Shown here: one piece after another, positions 26,210 to 39,540 of the stretch
Numbering within the stretch: position 1 is the stretch's first letter
How the letters are laid out: the number at the start of each line of letters is the position of its first letter
Assembly (NCBI GenBank): GCA_964016885.1
Contig: CAXHJY010000093.1
Location: forward strand, 62,001 to 126,000
DNA length: 64,000 bases
Direction of reading: 5' to 3'
From: Eledone cirrhosa
Lineage: Eukaryota
Program-made: the position numbers and the translations under genes
The notes under the pieces: model-generated
Databases searched by the model: none
Seen by the model: only the letters and a program-made list of their open reading frames with translations
What the model was told of the DNA's origin: nothing

Positions 26210-27082
26210 GACACAAAAATATAACATATTTTCATACACATACAAGCAAAGATGTTGTGAAAGCTCTATACATCATTCTGTCTCTGTATGATTGAGTGTG
26301 TGTGTGTGTGTGTGTGGTAGTTTGTGTCTGTGTGATTGTGTGTGTGTGCATCGCTGCACATGTGTGTGTGTGCATCGCTGCACATGTGTGTGTGTGTGCA
26401 TCGCTGCACATGTGTGTGTGGAGAAACTGTGGTATACACACATATATGTACACACACACACACACATATATATATACACACATATATATATATACATGCA
26501 TATATGTACACATGCATATATATATACATGCATATATGTACACATATATATATATATATATATATACAAGCATATATGTAGACATATATATATACATATA
26601 TACACACATATATGTACACATTGTGAGTAGGGGAGATGTGGGGTAGATATACACACATATATACACACATATGTACACAGAAAGCATTAATTTGTAATTA
26701 TGTAAAGGTCAGCATGGTGACCTTTATTTCTCTGTCTCTTTCTATGGCAGACATCAACAAATTACTGTCTGTTTTATGGGGTTGAGAGGGAGATCAACCT
26801 CATCCTTGACAGGGGATCTCTATTTAGACATTAATCTCCACACCTCACCTCTGCCAATCACACCTCACTGTTTAAATAATATCATCACACCCCATCCCAC
26901 CCCAAATAAATGCCCACAGCCCCTAAATGTTTATTTCCCCTGCTCTTCTCCAATTGCTCCCACCATCGCAACTAACTATTGTAAAATGCCCTCCGTTCCT
27001 TTCACTCACTCTACAGTTCATCTTTCACAGTTGTTTCAACTTTGCCTTTTATCAACAGTGACAATGGGGGGCAAATGAGGGC

Positions 27083-27542
27083 CAGGTTTACCAATAGGTG
27101 TAGTAGGCTATTGACCTAGGGTCCTTAGTAGGCACCAGTAGGGTCAGGTTTACCAATAGGTACAGTAGGCTATTGACCTAGGGTCCTTAGTAGGCACCAG
27201 TAGGGTCAGGTTTACCAATAGGTACAGTAGGCTATTGACCTAGGGTCCTTAGTAGGCACCAGTAGGGTCAGGTTTACCAATAGATGTAGTAGGCTATTGA
27301 CCTAGGGTCCTTAGTAGGTACCAGTAGGGTCAGGTTTACCAATAGGTGTAGTAGGCTATTGACCTAGGGTCCTTAGTAGGCACCAGTAGGGTCAGGTTTA
27401 CCAATAGGTACAGTAGGCTATTGACCTAGGGTCCTTAGTAGGTACCAGTAGGGTCAGGTTTACCAATAGGTGTAGTAGGCTATTGACCTAGGGTCCTTAG
27501 TAGGCACCAGTAGGGTCAGGTTTATCAATAGGTGCAGTAGGC
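27083..27542. repeat. Minisatellite, 62-bp unit, ~7 copies
   Basis: caggtttaccaataggtgtagtaggctattgacctagggtccttagtaggcaccagtagggt in tandem. Confidence 0.95.
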
Positions 27543-28135
27543 ATGTGGTTAGATTGTCTCAGAAAAGAATTGCTAGACAGGTGGTGGTGGAGGTGGGGTG
27601 ATAGCGGGGTATGTGATGGAGGAGGAGGTGGTGAGGGAGGTGATGGTGATGATGAGGGTGGTGATGGGGTTGTGATGGTTGTGGAGGGAGAGAGGTATGT
27701 GATGGTTGTGGAGGTGATGATGAGGGTGGTGGCAGCAGCAGCCAGTAGTGATAGTCATGGTGGGAGCAATTATTTCTGGTTTAGTTAAATATTTTAATAA
27801 TTCCAAAAAATATTTTTTTTAAAATTAAAAAGAAAAGAAAAGAAAGAAGCCATCTGCCAAACCCATATTCTGACTTTAAGAGTTTGTTCTAGTGGAAGAA
27901 GGTGCTTCTACCCTCACCCCCAGTAGTTTCTGTGATACCTCTTGTGATTTTAACTACCTAGGCAATGGTACCAACTCACCCCTATCTCTCCTCCACCCAC
28001 CCTTATCTCCCCCATCCTGATGTACTCTAGATGCAGCACTTCATATTTTAAAAAGAAAATAAAACAATATTTGAAATAATTCCCTTTTACAGCTGATGTG
28101 ATTTATTACATTATTTTACAAGAGAATCCATAATG

Positions 28136-28168
<33 letters not shown>

Positions 28169-29029
28169 GTCTGGCTGTCTGTCTCTCTCTCTGTCTATCT
28201 CTCTGTCTGTCTGTCTGTCTCTCTCTCTGTCTGTCAGTCTGTCAGTCAGTCTGTCTCTCTGTCTGTCTGTCTGTCAGTCTGTCTCTCTCTGTCTGTCTCT
28301 CTGTCTAGCTGTCTGTCTGTGTGATTGCTATCAGTCTCCAACTATCTCTATCTTCTCAATTATCTCTCTCTCTTACCTATCTCTCTCCCTCTTAGTCTCT
28401 TTCTCTCCATCCACCTGTCTCATTTTTCTCCTTCTCTAACTCTCCCTCTCTCTCTCCCTGTGTCTTTCACTCTCACCCTCTCAGTATCTCTCTATCCCTC
28501 TACCTCACTCTTTCTGTCCTTCACTGCACCTCCCACAATTCTGATAAAGAAATTATTTAAGTTTTCGTTTTGTTTGTTGTTGTTGTTGTTTGGTCCCCTT
28601 GTTTGCACTTTTAAAAATAAACAAACAGCCCCTATATTAGAGTTAGATGTTGTAGTGAGGACATTGTGTGTAGTGGAGATGTGGGGTAGATGTGGATAAA
28701 CTTTAGACTAAACTTTCTACTCCACTCTTGCCCCACCCCTGCTAGCTCCCATCTTGTAATCTCATTCTCTGCACACAATCTCTCCCCACACCCCACCATC
28801 TGTGGGGTGTGGGGAGGACACGGTGTAGCAATAAAAGACATAAGACACTCCACTATCTTACAATGTTTAGCTATGTTACACAAACCACAAGGGGTTTCCA
28901 CTCCTTCAATACACAGTCTCAGGTTTTTTACAGTTTAAAACCCCCCACACTCCCCCGCTCTGCAAAGTAGTAGTGGTGGTGGTAGTAGTATTCGTGGTGG
29001 TTGTGGTAGTAGTATTAGTGTTAGTACTG

Positions 29030-29095
<66 letters not shown>

Positions 29096-29207
29096 TTGGT
29101 GGTGGTAGTAGTGGTGTTGGTGGTAGTGGTAGTGGCGGTGGTGGTAGTACTGGTGGTGGTGGTAATTGTGATAATGAAAATGTTACCTTGCATTATGTTT
29201 AATCTTA

Positions 29208-29394
29208 ACGGTGGTGGATTGGCAGTATCGGTAGAGGGTCGGACGCCATGCTTTCCAGCATAGTTACGTCCCTTTACGATCTGAGTTCAAATCCCGCCGA
29301 GGTTGACTTTGCCTTTCATCCTTACGGGGTCAATAAAATAAAGTACCAGTAATGTACTGGGTTATTGCTGGCCTTGTGCCTAAAGTAGAAACAG
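29208..29394 (+). mobile_element. tRNA-derived SINE, family 1
   Basis: Full-length copy with a 15-bp TSD ttatgtttaatctta at 29193-29207 and 29395-29409. Confidence 0.9.
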
Positions 29395-29971
29395 TTATGT
29401 TTAATCTTATTTATTTATTTATTTTGGTAGCCTGATAGGTTGGTTGGTTGGTAGGTTGGTAGGTAGGTTGGTTGGTTGGTAGGTTGGTAGGTAGGTAGGT
29501 TGGTTGGTTGGTTGGTAGGTAGGTAGGCTGGTATATATAGTAATAATAATAAATTTGAAGACTAAAATCCAAAGAGGGCTCGATAAGGATAAATATATAT
29601 CAAATATATATTTAGTTTCAGAAGATCCCGTTAAGGGTGAAAGCAGCGATTCTTTGCTTAAACTTTAATCTGTTATTTTAATCTGCTCCAGTTTACTCAT
29701 CTGTAGAAATGAGATGATAGGGACTATCATTCCACTGCAAAGTGGTCATGGAAAAAAGTACCCAGCACTCACTGTAAATGGGGTTGGTGTTATGAAGGGC
29801 ATCCAGCTGTAGAAATGAAGCCAGAATCAGTTCCCGCCCCACCCTTGCAAGCAGGGAAAAAGCGGACGAAAAATGAAATGAAATGAAATGTATGCTATGT
29901 ATTGAGTACCTTACTTACTGCGGTTACCCCTGATTGAACGCGAGATAAACACACACATACACACACACATG

Positions 29972-30010
<39 letters not shown>

Positions 30011-30021
30011 ATTTAAACCTT

Positions 30022-30054
<33 letters not shown>

Positions 30055-30386
30055 GGTGAGGAATTAGGGTGGAGAAATATGTATATATATAGAGAGGGAT
30101 AGGTGTAGTGATTAGTTCTTTCGTTGTTTTTGGTACTGGGTGGTTGGGTTTTGCCTACCGCAATTTTCAATTTGTCAAGCTATTTAAACGTAATATTATT
30201 ACTCTAAGGACCTCGTACCCTTATTGAGTGCTTTGCTACTCATTCCTTATTGTAGGTCGACTTTGCTTGGCCACAGCCAAGGCTTCGATTTTACTAAGCT
30301 TCCACTTGTATATATATATGTATATGTATATCTATATATGTATATGTATATATATGTATATGTATATATGTATATGTATATGTATA

Positions 30387-30425
<39 letters not shown>

Positions 30426-31255
30426 GTATATATATGTATATGTATATATATATGTGTGTAGATATGCGTGTGTGTGTGTTTGTGTCTATCGTTCATTCTC
30501 TAACACGTTCTAGAGAGATGTCTTTTCCAGCAATAAGTTGTTGTTGCAATGTGCATTGAACTATCTAAGCAGCAGTGTTGTGCACCATTGCTGAGTTGGC
30601 TAACATTGCAATAATGTGATGCAGCATGCAGCAGTCAACCTCTGCAACCTCATTTCCCTTCTCCCGCTGTCCAGGCATTCGTTAAAGACGAGAGTGCAGC
30701 GTAGTTAATGAGACCAGCATGCCTCACTATCTTCCCCAAAGTGAACTCAGTGTCTGTGTGGAACTTCAGTGTACCATGAGAAGATGCTAGTATATGGATG
30801 GATGGCTACTTTTGACCTGAGGGGCTGGGGGAGGAGGTGGGAGGGTATTACTGGTGAGAGTGGGGGAGAGAGTGAGAGGGGAATAGAGAGTGGTTGGCTG
30901 AGAGGGGATAGGTAGAGATGGGAAGGGAAGAGAGTGGGGGAAATAGGCAGAGGACAGGTGGAGAGAGGCATATATACTGGTATATAGAGAAATAACTAGA
31001 CATATTTAGAGAGAGGGAGAGAACATGTATCAAGAGCGAGAGAGTCAGACATATTGGTATATAGAGAGATAACCAGACATATTTAGAGAGAGAAAGAGAG
31101 AGAGAGACAAAGTAGATAGAGAGGGACAGAAAGACATACAATTAGCATGATAGACATGTCAACAGAGAGACAAACTGTTTGCTAAGCATATTTAAAGACA
31201 TGAAAATCCAGAAACCCAAGAGACTACCGGTACTCTACATCAATTGTATTTATTG

Positions 31256-31458
31256 ATAAAGTGTAAAGTTTCTTAAGCTTGGATTCCGTTGGGAGAAGAT
31301 TTTTGGTGAAAGTCTTTTTCCTTGAAAGAACGAAGACTTTCTACATTTGAAGTTCTGTGGCAAAGGAAAAAGTTGTGTTATTTCCCCAGGAGAACTTTGT
31401 CCAAAACGTTGGAAACTCTTCCCAATGGTGCACAAATTTAAGAAACTTTACACTTTAT
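31256..31458. mobile_element. MITE-like element with perfect 21-bp terminal inverted repeats
   Basis: ATAAAGTGTAAAGTTTCTTAA (31256-31276) / TTAAGAAACTTTACACTTTAT (31438-31458), with imperfect internal continuation (ccgttgggag / cttcccaatgg). Confidence 0.65.
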
Positions 31459-31787
31459 AAATATTTATGTTAAGTCAGACACACAGACAGCTAAAGACAC
31501 AAATAATACTGTCCCATTTCTGCCATCCCAAACCCCTTGGAATTTAATTAAGATTTTATTTTTTTAAGGGAATTATACGTTTTGGCTTAATCTCATTAAA
31601 AGGCAAAAAAGAAAAAGCAAAGTAAAATTTGTCCTTGCTAAAAATTTCAAGAAAGAATTATGTTACACAGAGAAACAGTGTTTTATAGCTTTGTATATTG
31701 CCACAATATTTATTGTATAGTGGCTTGTGTTATGTATTGATATCAGATGTATTGTGTAAGGTTTTACATGTAATAATATAGTATAAT

Positions 31788-31950
31788 AATTGTTTCTACT
31801 TTTGGCACAAGGCCAGCAATTATCCAGTACATTACTGGTACTTTATTTTATCGACCTTGTAAGGATGAAAGGCAAAGTTAACCTCGGAGGGATTTGAACT
31901 CAGACCGTAAAGGGATGTAACTCTATGCTGGAAGGCATGGTAACCGACCC
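31788..31950 (-). mobile_element. SINE family 1
   Basis: Reverse-complement match to the family consensus. Confidence 0.85.
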
Positions 31951-32737
31951 TCCAATGATAATAAAACAATACTATTGTTTCTTTCTGTCTGTATATAATC
32001 TTCCCGTCTGTCACTCTCTCTGTTTATATGTCTGTCTGTGTATAGTGTTCCCGTCTGTCAGTCTGTCTGTGTATAGTGTTCCCGTCTGTCAGTCTGTCTG
32101 TGTATAGTGTTCCCGTCTGTCAGTCTGTCTGTCACTCTCTCTCTCTCTCTCTGTCTGTCTGTCTAATGTTCCCATCTGTCAGTCTCTCTGTCTGTCTGTC
32201 TAATGTTCCCGTCTGTCAGTCTCTCTGTCACTCTCTCTCTCTCTGTCTGTCAGTCTCTCTGTCTGTCTGTCTGTCAGTCTAATATTCCTGCTAGAACCAA
32301 AGGTCAACTATGGTCATCTATAAACCACACTTAATGAGGCTGTTTGCTTGCAAATGAATCAAATATTATTATTTGATATAAAACTCATGAATACTATTGT
32401 GTATTATTTTTAGTGGTGGCAATATACTATGTAATATTGACTAGATGATGTTAGTATTGACTGTATATTATACAATATTGTCTATTATAAAGTCAGTATT
32501 ATATTATACAATATTGTCTATTATTATGTGATGACAGCGGATTACAGAATATTTTGTCTGCGGAAAAAAAAAAAAACGTAAAAAAAAAGAGGTGGACAAC
32601 AAAAGAAGCGATTGTTTGAAACTGTATCCATTGTTAATGATATACCAGGGTGACACTTCTTGTGGGGGGGGGGGGGGGCTGATATATACCCCTATTAAAG
32701 ATGGTGGAGGGTGGACTATTGCAAAGTACACACACAC

Positions 32738-32826
<89 letters not shown>

Positions 32827-33830
32827 CACATTTATATATATATACACACATATATATATATGTAAATATATATATATATATACACTCACACTGATATATA
32901 CCCCTATTAAAGATGGTGGAGGGTGGACTATTGCAAAGTACACACACACTCACATATACACTTAACACACACATACACACATATACACACACCCACACTC
33001 CACACACACACACACACACGCACACACACACACACACACACATACTCGCAAACACACATACACACACAGATATACACACAATAACTTACATAAACACATA
33101 CACCCACCTGCACACACAACACATAGACAGAGAAACCCACTCCCCCAGAATACTAATTGGGTATGTTATGCCCCCCCCCCCTCTCCACCCCCCACCCTCC
33201 CCAACCACTCTACTCTACCCCCCCCCACCATTATGCTGTAATACTCATTTAACTCGTTCCCCTTTTTTCACTCAATTTTTCTTTGTAGAGTTAACTGAGA
33301 GAGGGGGGGGGTGATAATGTTATATCCCCCACCATCACTCCTCCCCCCTTCCTCCTGTCCCTTCTTTTTTTTAATTTCCTTCAACAAATATCCCCCTCCC
33401 CCCCTTGCTATAATCTTCCCTTTTATTTCTGTCACGCTGTCCTCCTGTGCACCTCCTTATATAAACACACGTGCACACACATGCACATACACACATACTA
33501 CATGTGCACATACGCACACATAACACATATACACACATAAAAGATGTGCATGCATAGACAACAATACATATACATATATATATATACATCACACGCACAC
33601 AGGCAGTAATACATATATACATACACAAACACACAAGACATGTGAACATATGCACACACACACAAATACACACATGCATGTATGCACAGACAGCAATACA
33701 TTATACACACACAAACACTCATGTTTGCATGCATATATATATACATATATATATATACATATATACATATATATATATACATATATATACATATACATAT
33801 ATATACATATATATATATACATATATATAC

Positions 33831-33869
<39 letters not shown>

Positions 33870-33916
33870 TATACATATATATACATATACATATATATAC
33901 ATATACGTATATATAC

Positions 33917-33973
<57 letters not shown>

Positions 33974-34285
33974 CACATTACACATTAGCAATACTCTCTA
34001 CCTGTCATCTTCATCATTACTTTATCTTTCTCCCCTTCACCATCTTTCCTGCTACCACTTCATACCTTACTACTCTCACCTCCTCTCTCTCCCACTCCTT
34101 CTCTCCCTCCCTCCCTCTCCCTCAAGACTGATAGATAGAGAATAGGAGTCTAGGGAGGCCCTCATCTTTTCTATATGCAGGTTGTGCTTCCTTTTTTAAA
34201 ATGATAAATTTGAATATGAAAGAATTTAGCTACCACATCTAGTAGGTTTATTAATCACATAGGACTCCCTTGTTGACTTCTAAAG

Positions 34286-34609
34286 CAGGGGTTCTCAACC
34301 TTTATTTTGCTATGGACCACCAAAATAAGTAATTTTTTCCTGTGGACTACCTTAACTTTTAAATCTTTTGTAATAGAGCTGCTACTTATAAGCATCAGTA
34401 GATGTTTGTTTGTCTTTCAATGAATTAGAAAATGCTATTATCATGTCGCAGTGGCTAAAAATCTACACAAATTAACAGCTGATGTCGTACTCATGCGAAG
34501 AATAAGAACAGCGCTTTAAGTCAAATGCATGGATCAAAAAAGAATTTGCTATTGAAAATTTTCTGTGGACCACTAGGGGTCCACATGGACCAGGTTGAGA
34601 AAAGCCCTG
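34286..34609. mobile_element. hAT (Charlie-like) MITE
   Basis: TIRs caggggttctcaacct / aggttgagaaaagccctg and an exact 8-bp TSD ttctaaag at 34278-34285 and 34610-34617. Confidence 0.9.
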
Positions 34610-35104
34610 TTCTAAAGTATAGTTGTGAGGCAGGTGGGATTCAACTCATCCTGTTTAAACTTTAGTGACTTTAATGAAGGTGGTGAGAACTGATCTCAGA
34701 TAGGTGAGGTTCACAGAGAGAGATGCTGTATTAAGAAGGATCTGTCAAACCCATGCTAGCGTGGAACAAGGGATGTAAAATAATGACGATGATGATGAGG
34801 ATTGTACCATATTCCTCAGTGTCTGCCAATTCCCCATTCCTTTGTAAATGTTGTTAGGGTCTCATAGTTTTTAAAAACAAAACAATTAAGGGTTTTAATG
34901 CTAGACTATAAACGACATTGCAAGAGGTGACAACTTATTTAAACCGGCCAGGATTCTCTCACCTTTTCCTGTTCAAACTGACCCTAACTGGCCACTCATA
35001 CTTATGTTAAGGTATTGTTCTCAAAATAAATAATATCAAAATCTCATAGATTCGATATTATGTGAGATAATTAGGTGAAAATACAGTAGTATATATAGAA
35101 TAAT

Positions 35105-35267
35105 TGTTTCTATTTTTGGCACAAGGTCAGCAATTAACCCAGTACATTACTGGTACTTTATTTTATCAACCCCGTAAGGATGAAAGGCAAAGTTAACCTC
35201 GGTGGGATTCGAACTCAGAATGGCAAGGGCCGTAACTCTATGCTGCAAAGCATGGTGTCCGACCCTG
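35105..35267 (-). mobile_element. 5'-truncated SINE family 1 nested in a piggyBac-like MITE
   Basis: 9-bp TSD tagaataat at 35096-35104 and 35268-35276; the left flank 34937-35095 matches the MITE at 7031-7226. Confidence 0.8.
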
Positions 35268-36038
35268 TAGAATAATGTAAATACTTGTTGGTGTGGTGGT
35301 GGTGGTGGTGGTGGTGGTGGTGGTGGTTTGTAATATTTGCAGACTTTTGCAGTATGGCATTCCACTGATTCCTTAATAATAATAATAATAACTAAAGCAA
35401 TATAATAAACCTATTCCTAATAATAATAATAATAATGATATTGATAACAACAATGATGATGATGACGGTAATAATATTGATAATATGAATAGAATAAAAG
35501 GAATATATTATTATTATTATTGATAATAATAATAATAGAATATCTTAATAGCTTCTTTTTTCCTTTTGCTACCAACTGCATTGGATATTAAGAAGGGTTA
35601 TTAGAACTGTGAGGTAAAAAGGCAGACAAAATTAATTTGAAAATACAATTGGGACTGAAGATTACGAGCTGTAATTTGTTCTCAAAGACAGCAATGTCTG
35701 ATCTGGTCTGGTCTATTAACATTAAAAAAAAACTACAACAGCTGAAGAGACAGATATGATGGTGGTGGTGGTGGTGGTGGTAGTAATAATAATAATAGTA
35801 ATATTAATAAGGAGCAGGAGGAATAAATTGTTTTTAACTTTTCGAGAAATTCTTCAGACTATTAAAGAAGAAAAACATATCAGAAATTTGATTCCTTGTT
35901 TCACTTTCAATGATTTCTTTATTATTGTTGTTGTCGTTGTCATCATCATCATCATCATCGTTCAATGAATTTTTTTCATTTTGTTGTGGCAGTCTCTAGT
36001 GATTGATAGAGCTTTGTTAGCGCTGCTCCAATTTCTGT

Positions 36039-36069
<31 letters not shown>

Positions 36070-36789
36070 ATTTGATGTGATTTTTAATATTCAATATTCG
36101 TTTTTTGTTTGTTCCCAGAATATTATCATTATAATAATCACTTTTTGTGTCTGTTAATTAATACTATTTATTATTTTTTGCTAGTTATCCTTGAAAAAGT
36201 TGCTCTCAGATTTCTATTCTCTATTGGCATTAAAATATTCTCATAAAAATTCATATTTAAAATATGTCTTCTATTCAATCATAGATTGGTCTCCAAACTA
36301 AATTTTGATTTAATATTTTTTAGATTTAATTCAATTTAATAATTTAACTTTATAGACGGTATCTATAAGATCTTTTTTCCAAGTTTGGACAAATTGGTTT
36401 GACATTCTGTTGTAATAGAAAGAACTGTTGTTGCCAACTGACAAATTAATCAGTTTAGAAATTAAACAAAATAGTTTGTTCAATTTTCTTCTTTTCCTAA
36501 GTCAGGAGAGTTCACTTTGTAAGAATACAACTGGAAGTGATATCAGAAAAATTGTCTAATTTTCTTGTTTTCCAAAGTCAGGAGAGTTCATTTTGTAAAA
36601 ATACAGTTGGAAGTGATATCAGAAAAATGTGATTTTTGTTTTAGCTTTGTCATTGTTTTTACTTCTACTTTTTTTTGTGGTTGGTTTAGCTGAGAGTTTT
36701 CTGAAGTACTGTTACTACCCTACAGGGGATCTTGTTAGGGGTTAACTCTTCTTTTCTGTCTTTTGTAAGATATTGATCTTTCCATATTG

Positions 36790-37620
36790 AACTGCCATTG
36801 ACATGATAAAACCTTTCCATCTGACACAATCCAACATTAACAGCCTCAGTTCTTCAGACAGTTCTGTATCTTCCTCAATGACTCTCTTTAATGTCTTGAG
36901 AGGTGTTCTGTGTTTGTGTTTTGCTGTGGTTGTGTTTTGTTAGCAGGTTTCATTGCCACTCATGATATGACCTGCAAATTGGAGACACTTGACACAGACG
37001 GTATGGCTAATGGTTGGGAGGTTGTATAGCTAATGGTTGGGAGGTTGTATGGCTAATAGTTGGGAGTTTGTTTAGCTAATGGTTGGGAGGTTGTATGGCT
37101 AATGGTTGGGAGGTTGTATTGCTAATGCTTGGGAGTTTGTTTAGCTAATGGTTGGGAGGTTGTATGGCTAATGGTTGGGAGTTTGTATGGCTAATGGTTG
37201 GGAGGTTGTATGGCTAATGCTTGGGAGTTTGTTCAGCTAATGGTTAGGAGGTTGTATGGCTAATGGTTGGGAGGTTGTGTGGCTAATGGTTGGGAGGTTG
37301 TATGGCTAATGGTTGGGAGGTTGTATGGCTAATGGTTGGGAGGTTGTATGGCTAATGGTTGGGAGGTTGTATGGCTAATGGTTGGGAGGTTGTATGGCTA
37401 ATGGCTGGGAGGTTGTATGGCTAATGGTTGGGAGGTTGTATGGCTAATGCTTGGGAGTTTGTTTAGCTAATGGTTGGGAGGTTGTATGGCTAATGGTTGG
37501 GAGGTTGTATGGCTAATGGGAAGATGGTTGCCCATAGAGAATTGTATTTGTGACAGGACAGTCAGTGGAGAGGTTGGCATGTATCGATGTAGATAAGTGT
37601 AAACTGTGTAAAACAAACAG
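36790..37620 (-). mobile_element. RTE-like LINE 3' fragment interrupted by an internal 23-bp minisatellite
   Basis: Minus strand VTNTILYG..NLPTISHTVCVKCLQFAGHIM...RTPLKTLKRVIEEDTELSEELRLLMLDCVRWK. Confidence 0.65.
37001..37518. repeat. Minisatellite, 23-bp unit, ~22 copies
   Basis: tatggctaatggttgggaggttg in tandem. Confidence 0.95.
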
Positions 37621-38128
37621 TTTTGTATTGCAGAAGATGGGGTAGTTTGATATCGAAAGGATTAAGACATATTTTAATTGAATATAGCTTAAAACTGTAA
37701 ACAAGAAATAAGAAAGTTTTTACTTAGAACTTCATTTCTATCTTCAAACAAATTGTATTAAATAGAAAGTTGTTAAGGCTACTCAAAGGTCACAGTCTGA
37801 TTTGGGGAAAATTATTGAAAATATTCAATGTTTTGAGATGTAAAACTTTAAAATTAAGAAATCCCACAAATGTCAAGATTTTCATACTTTGCAATTATTA
37901 TTAATTTTTTCAATTAGTGAATATTTACAAATTGTGTATTTTATTGATGTTGTTTTAGTGTAAGTGTGTGTTGTTGTATATATGTGTTAATGTGAGTGTG
38001 TGCAAATAAATGTATGTATGTATATATATATATTTATGTGTGTGTGTGTGTGTAAATATATGTATATAGATATATATATATGTGTATGAGTGTGTGTGTT
38101 TATATGTATGCATATGAGTGTGTGCAAA

Positions 38129-38161
<33 letters not shown>

Positions 38162-39502
38162 GTCTGTGTGTATATGTATGCATATGAGTGTGTGTGTGTA
38201 TATGTATGTGTGTGTATGTACATATATGTATGAGTGATTTTCTTTGAAATTTAAGTATTTATGTTCTTTTCAGAATACAAAACGAATCGCTAGCGAAGTG
38301 GCAAAGCTTTTTAGTTTAAGTCAAGATATTTCCAGAACTCTATATGTGTGTGATTGTGTGTGTGTGTGTGTGTTAGTAGATATACTTGTATACATGTTTA
38401 GTACATGTGTGCGTTTACTCTTCATGTATATGTGTTAGTGGATATATTTGTATACATGTTTAGTACATGTGTGCGTTTCTTCATGTATGTGTGTGTGCGC
38501 CATACATACACATGTGATTGTGTGCGTATGTTCATCCCAGGAAATTCAAAAGAAGTATGTTTAGAATATTTAATAAATATTCACTCTACTTACTAATCTA
38601 TTTGATTTGGGGGGAGTGAGTCAGTTTGCTTTTTTCATGCTCGATAAACTACAGTAGTTTCAGACTTTTATGTAAATATATGATTACATATATTTTATGC
38701 AAATATACAATTATATATATATACACAGGGCATCAATAATAATAGCTACATATAAAAAATCTATAGCCTGGACACAATCCCTGTAAGTTCTTCATTAGTT
38801 CATTACGGTTGTCCTTTTTTTCTTCTCAAATTATTACATAATATGTACACATCTGCTGGGCAGCTGCCTTTTGTATTGTATCCTATAATAGTACAGGGGT
38901 CTCACACTCGGGGCCTCAAAAGGGCCATTAAATCCTTGCAGCAGGCCAAAAGTAAGGGTGTGAGGCGTGATATCCACCAGTTATGCTAATCTGCAATGCA
39001 GCTGATCAAAGCTACTTTTATTAGTTTTTCTTTTCATCAACATGAATACATATATGATACTAAGTAAGATATGTGAATTAGTACAAAATATAACGGGGAC
39101 AAATTATTAATTGTTAGGGAAACATTAGCCATGAATATTGTTCAGTCACAGACCATAAAGAAGTTGTTATGAGACACGTGTTTCACCTGCTTTGAATAAT
39201 ATCAGATCTTTTGTGTTTAGCTTGAGTCAGTGTTGTACTGTTGTGTGGATATATTCCAGTTCTGGTCTAGTCCTACTTGTACACACGTGTGTAAAACATA
39301 TATATACTCACATGTGTGTGGACATACATACACTCACAAGTGTGTAACCATATATACACTGTATTTTATTTTGCTTCGAAATTTACGTGTTTTTTTTTAT
39401 CGTTTCTTTCTCTTTTTTGTGCTTAGTTACCAATAGTGATGTATGTAGGTCAACTTCCTGATTTGATGACAAACTATTTGACATGAACTAAATTCTGACA
39501 AG

Positions 39503-39540
<38 letters not shown>

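Noticed and set aside
35835-35862. Minus-strand CTGAAGA..GAAA
   Set aside because: No pairing in stems I, II or III.
38894-39180. Second hAT MITE (caggggtctca...tgagacacgtg)
   Set aside because: The TIR is imperfect and there is no 8-bp TSD; not supportable.
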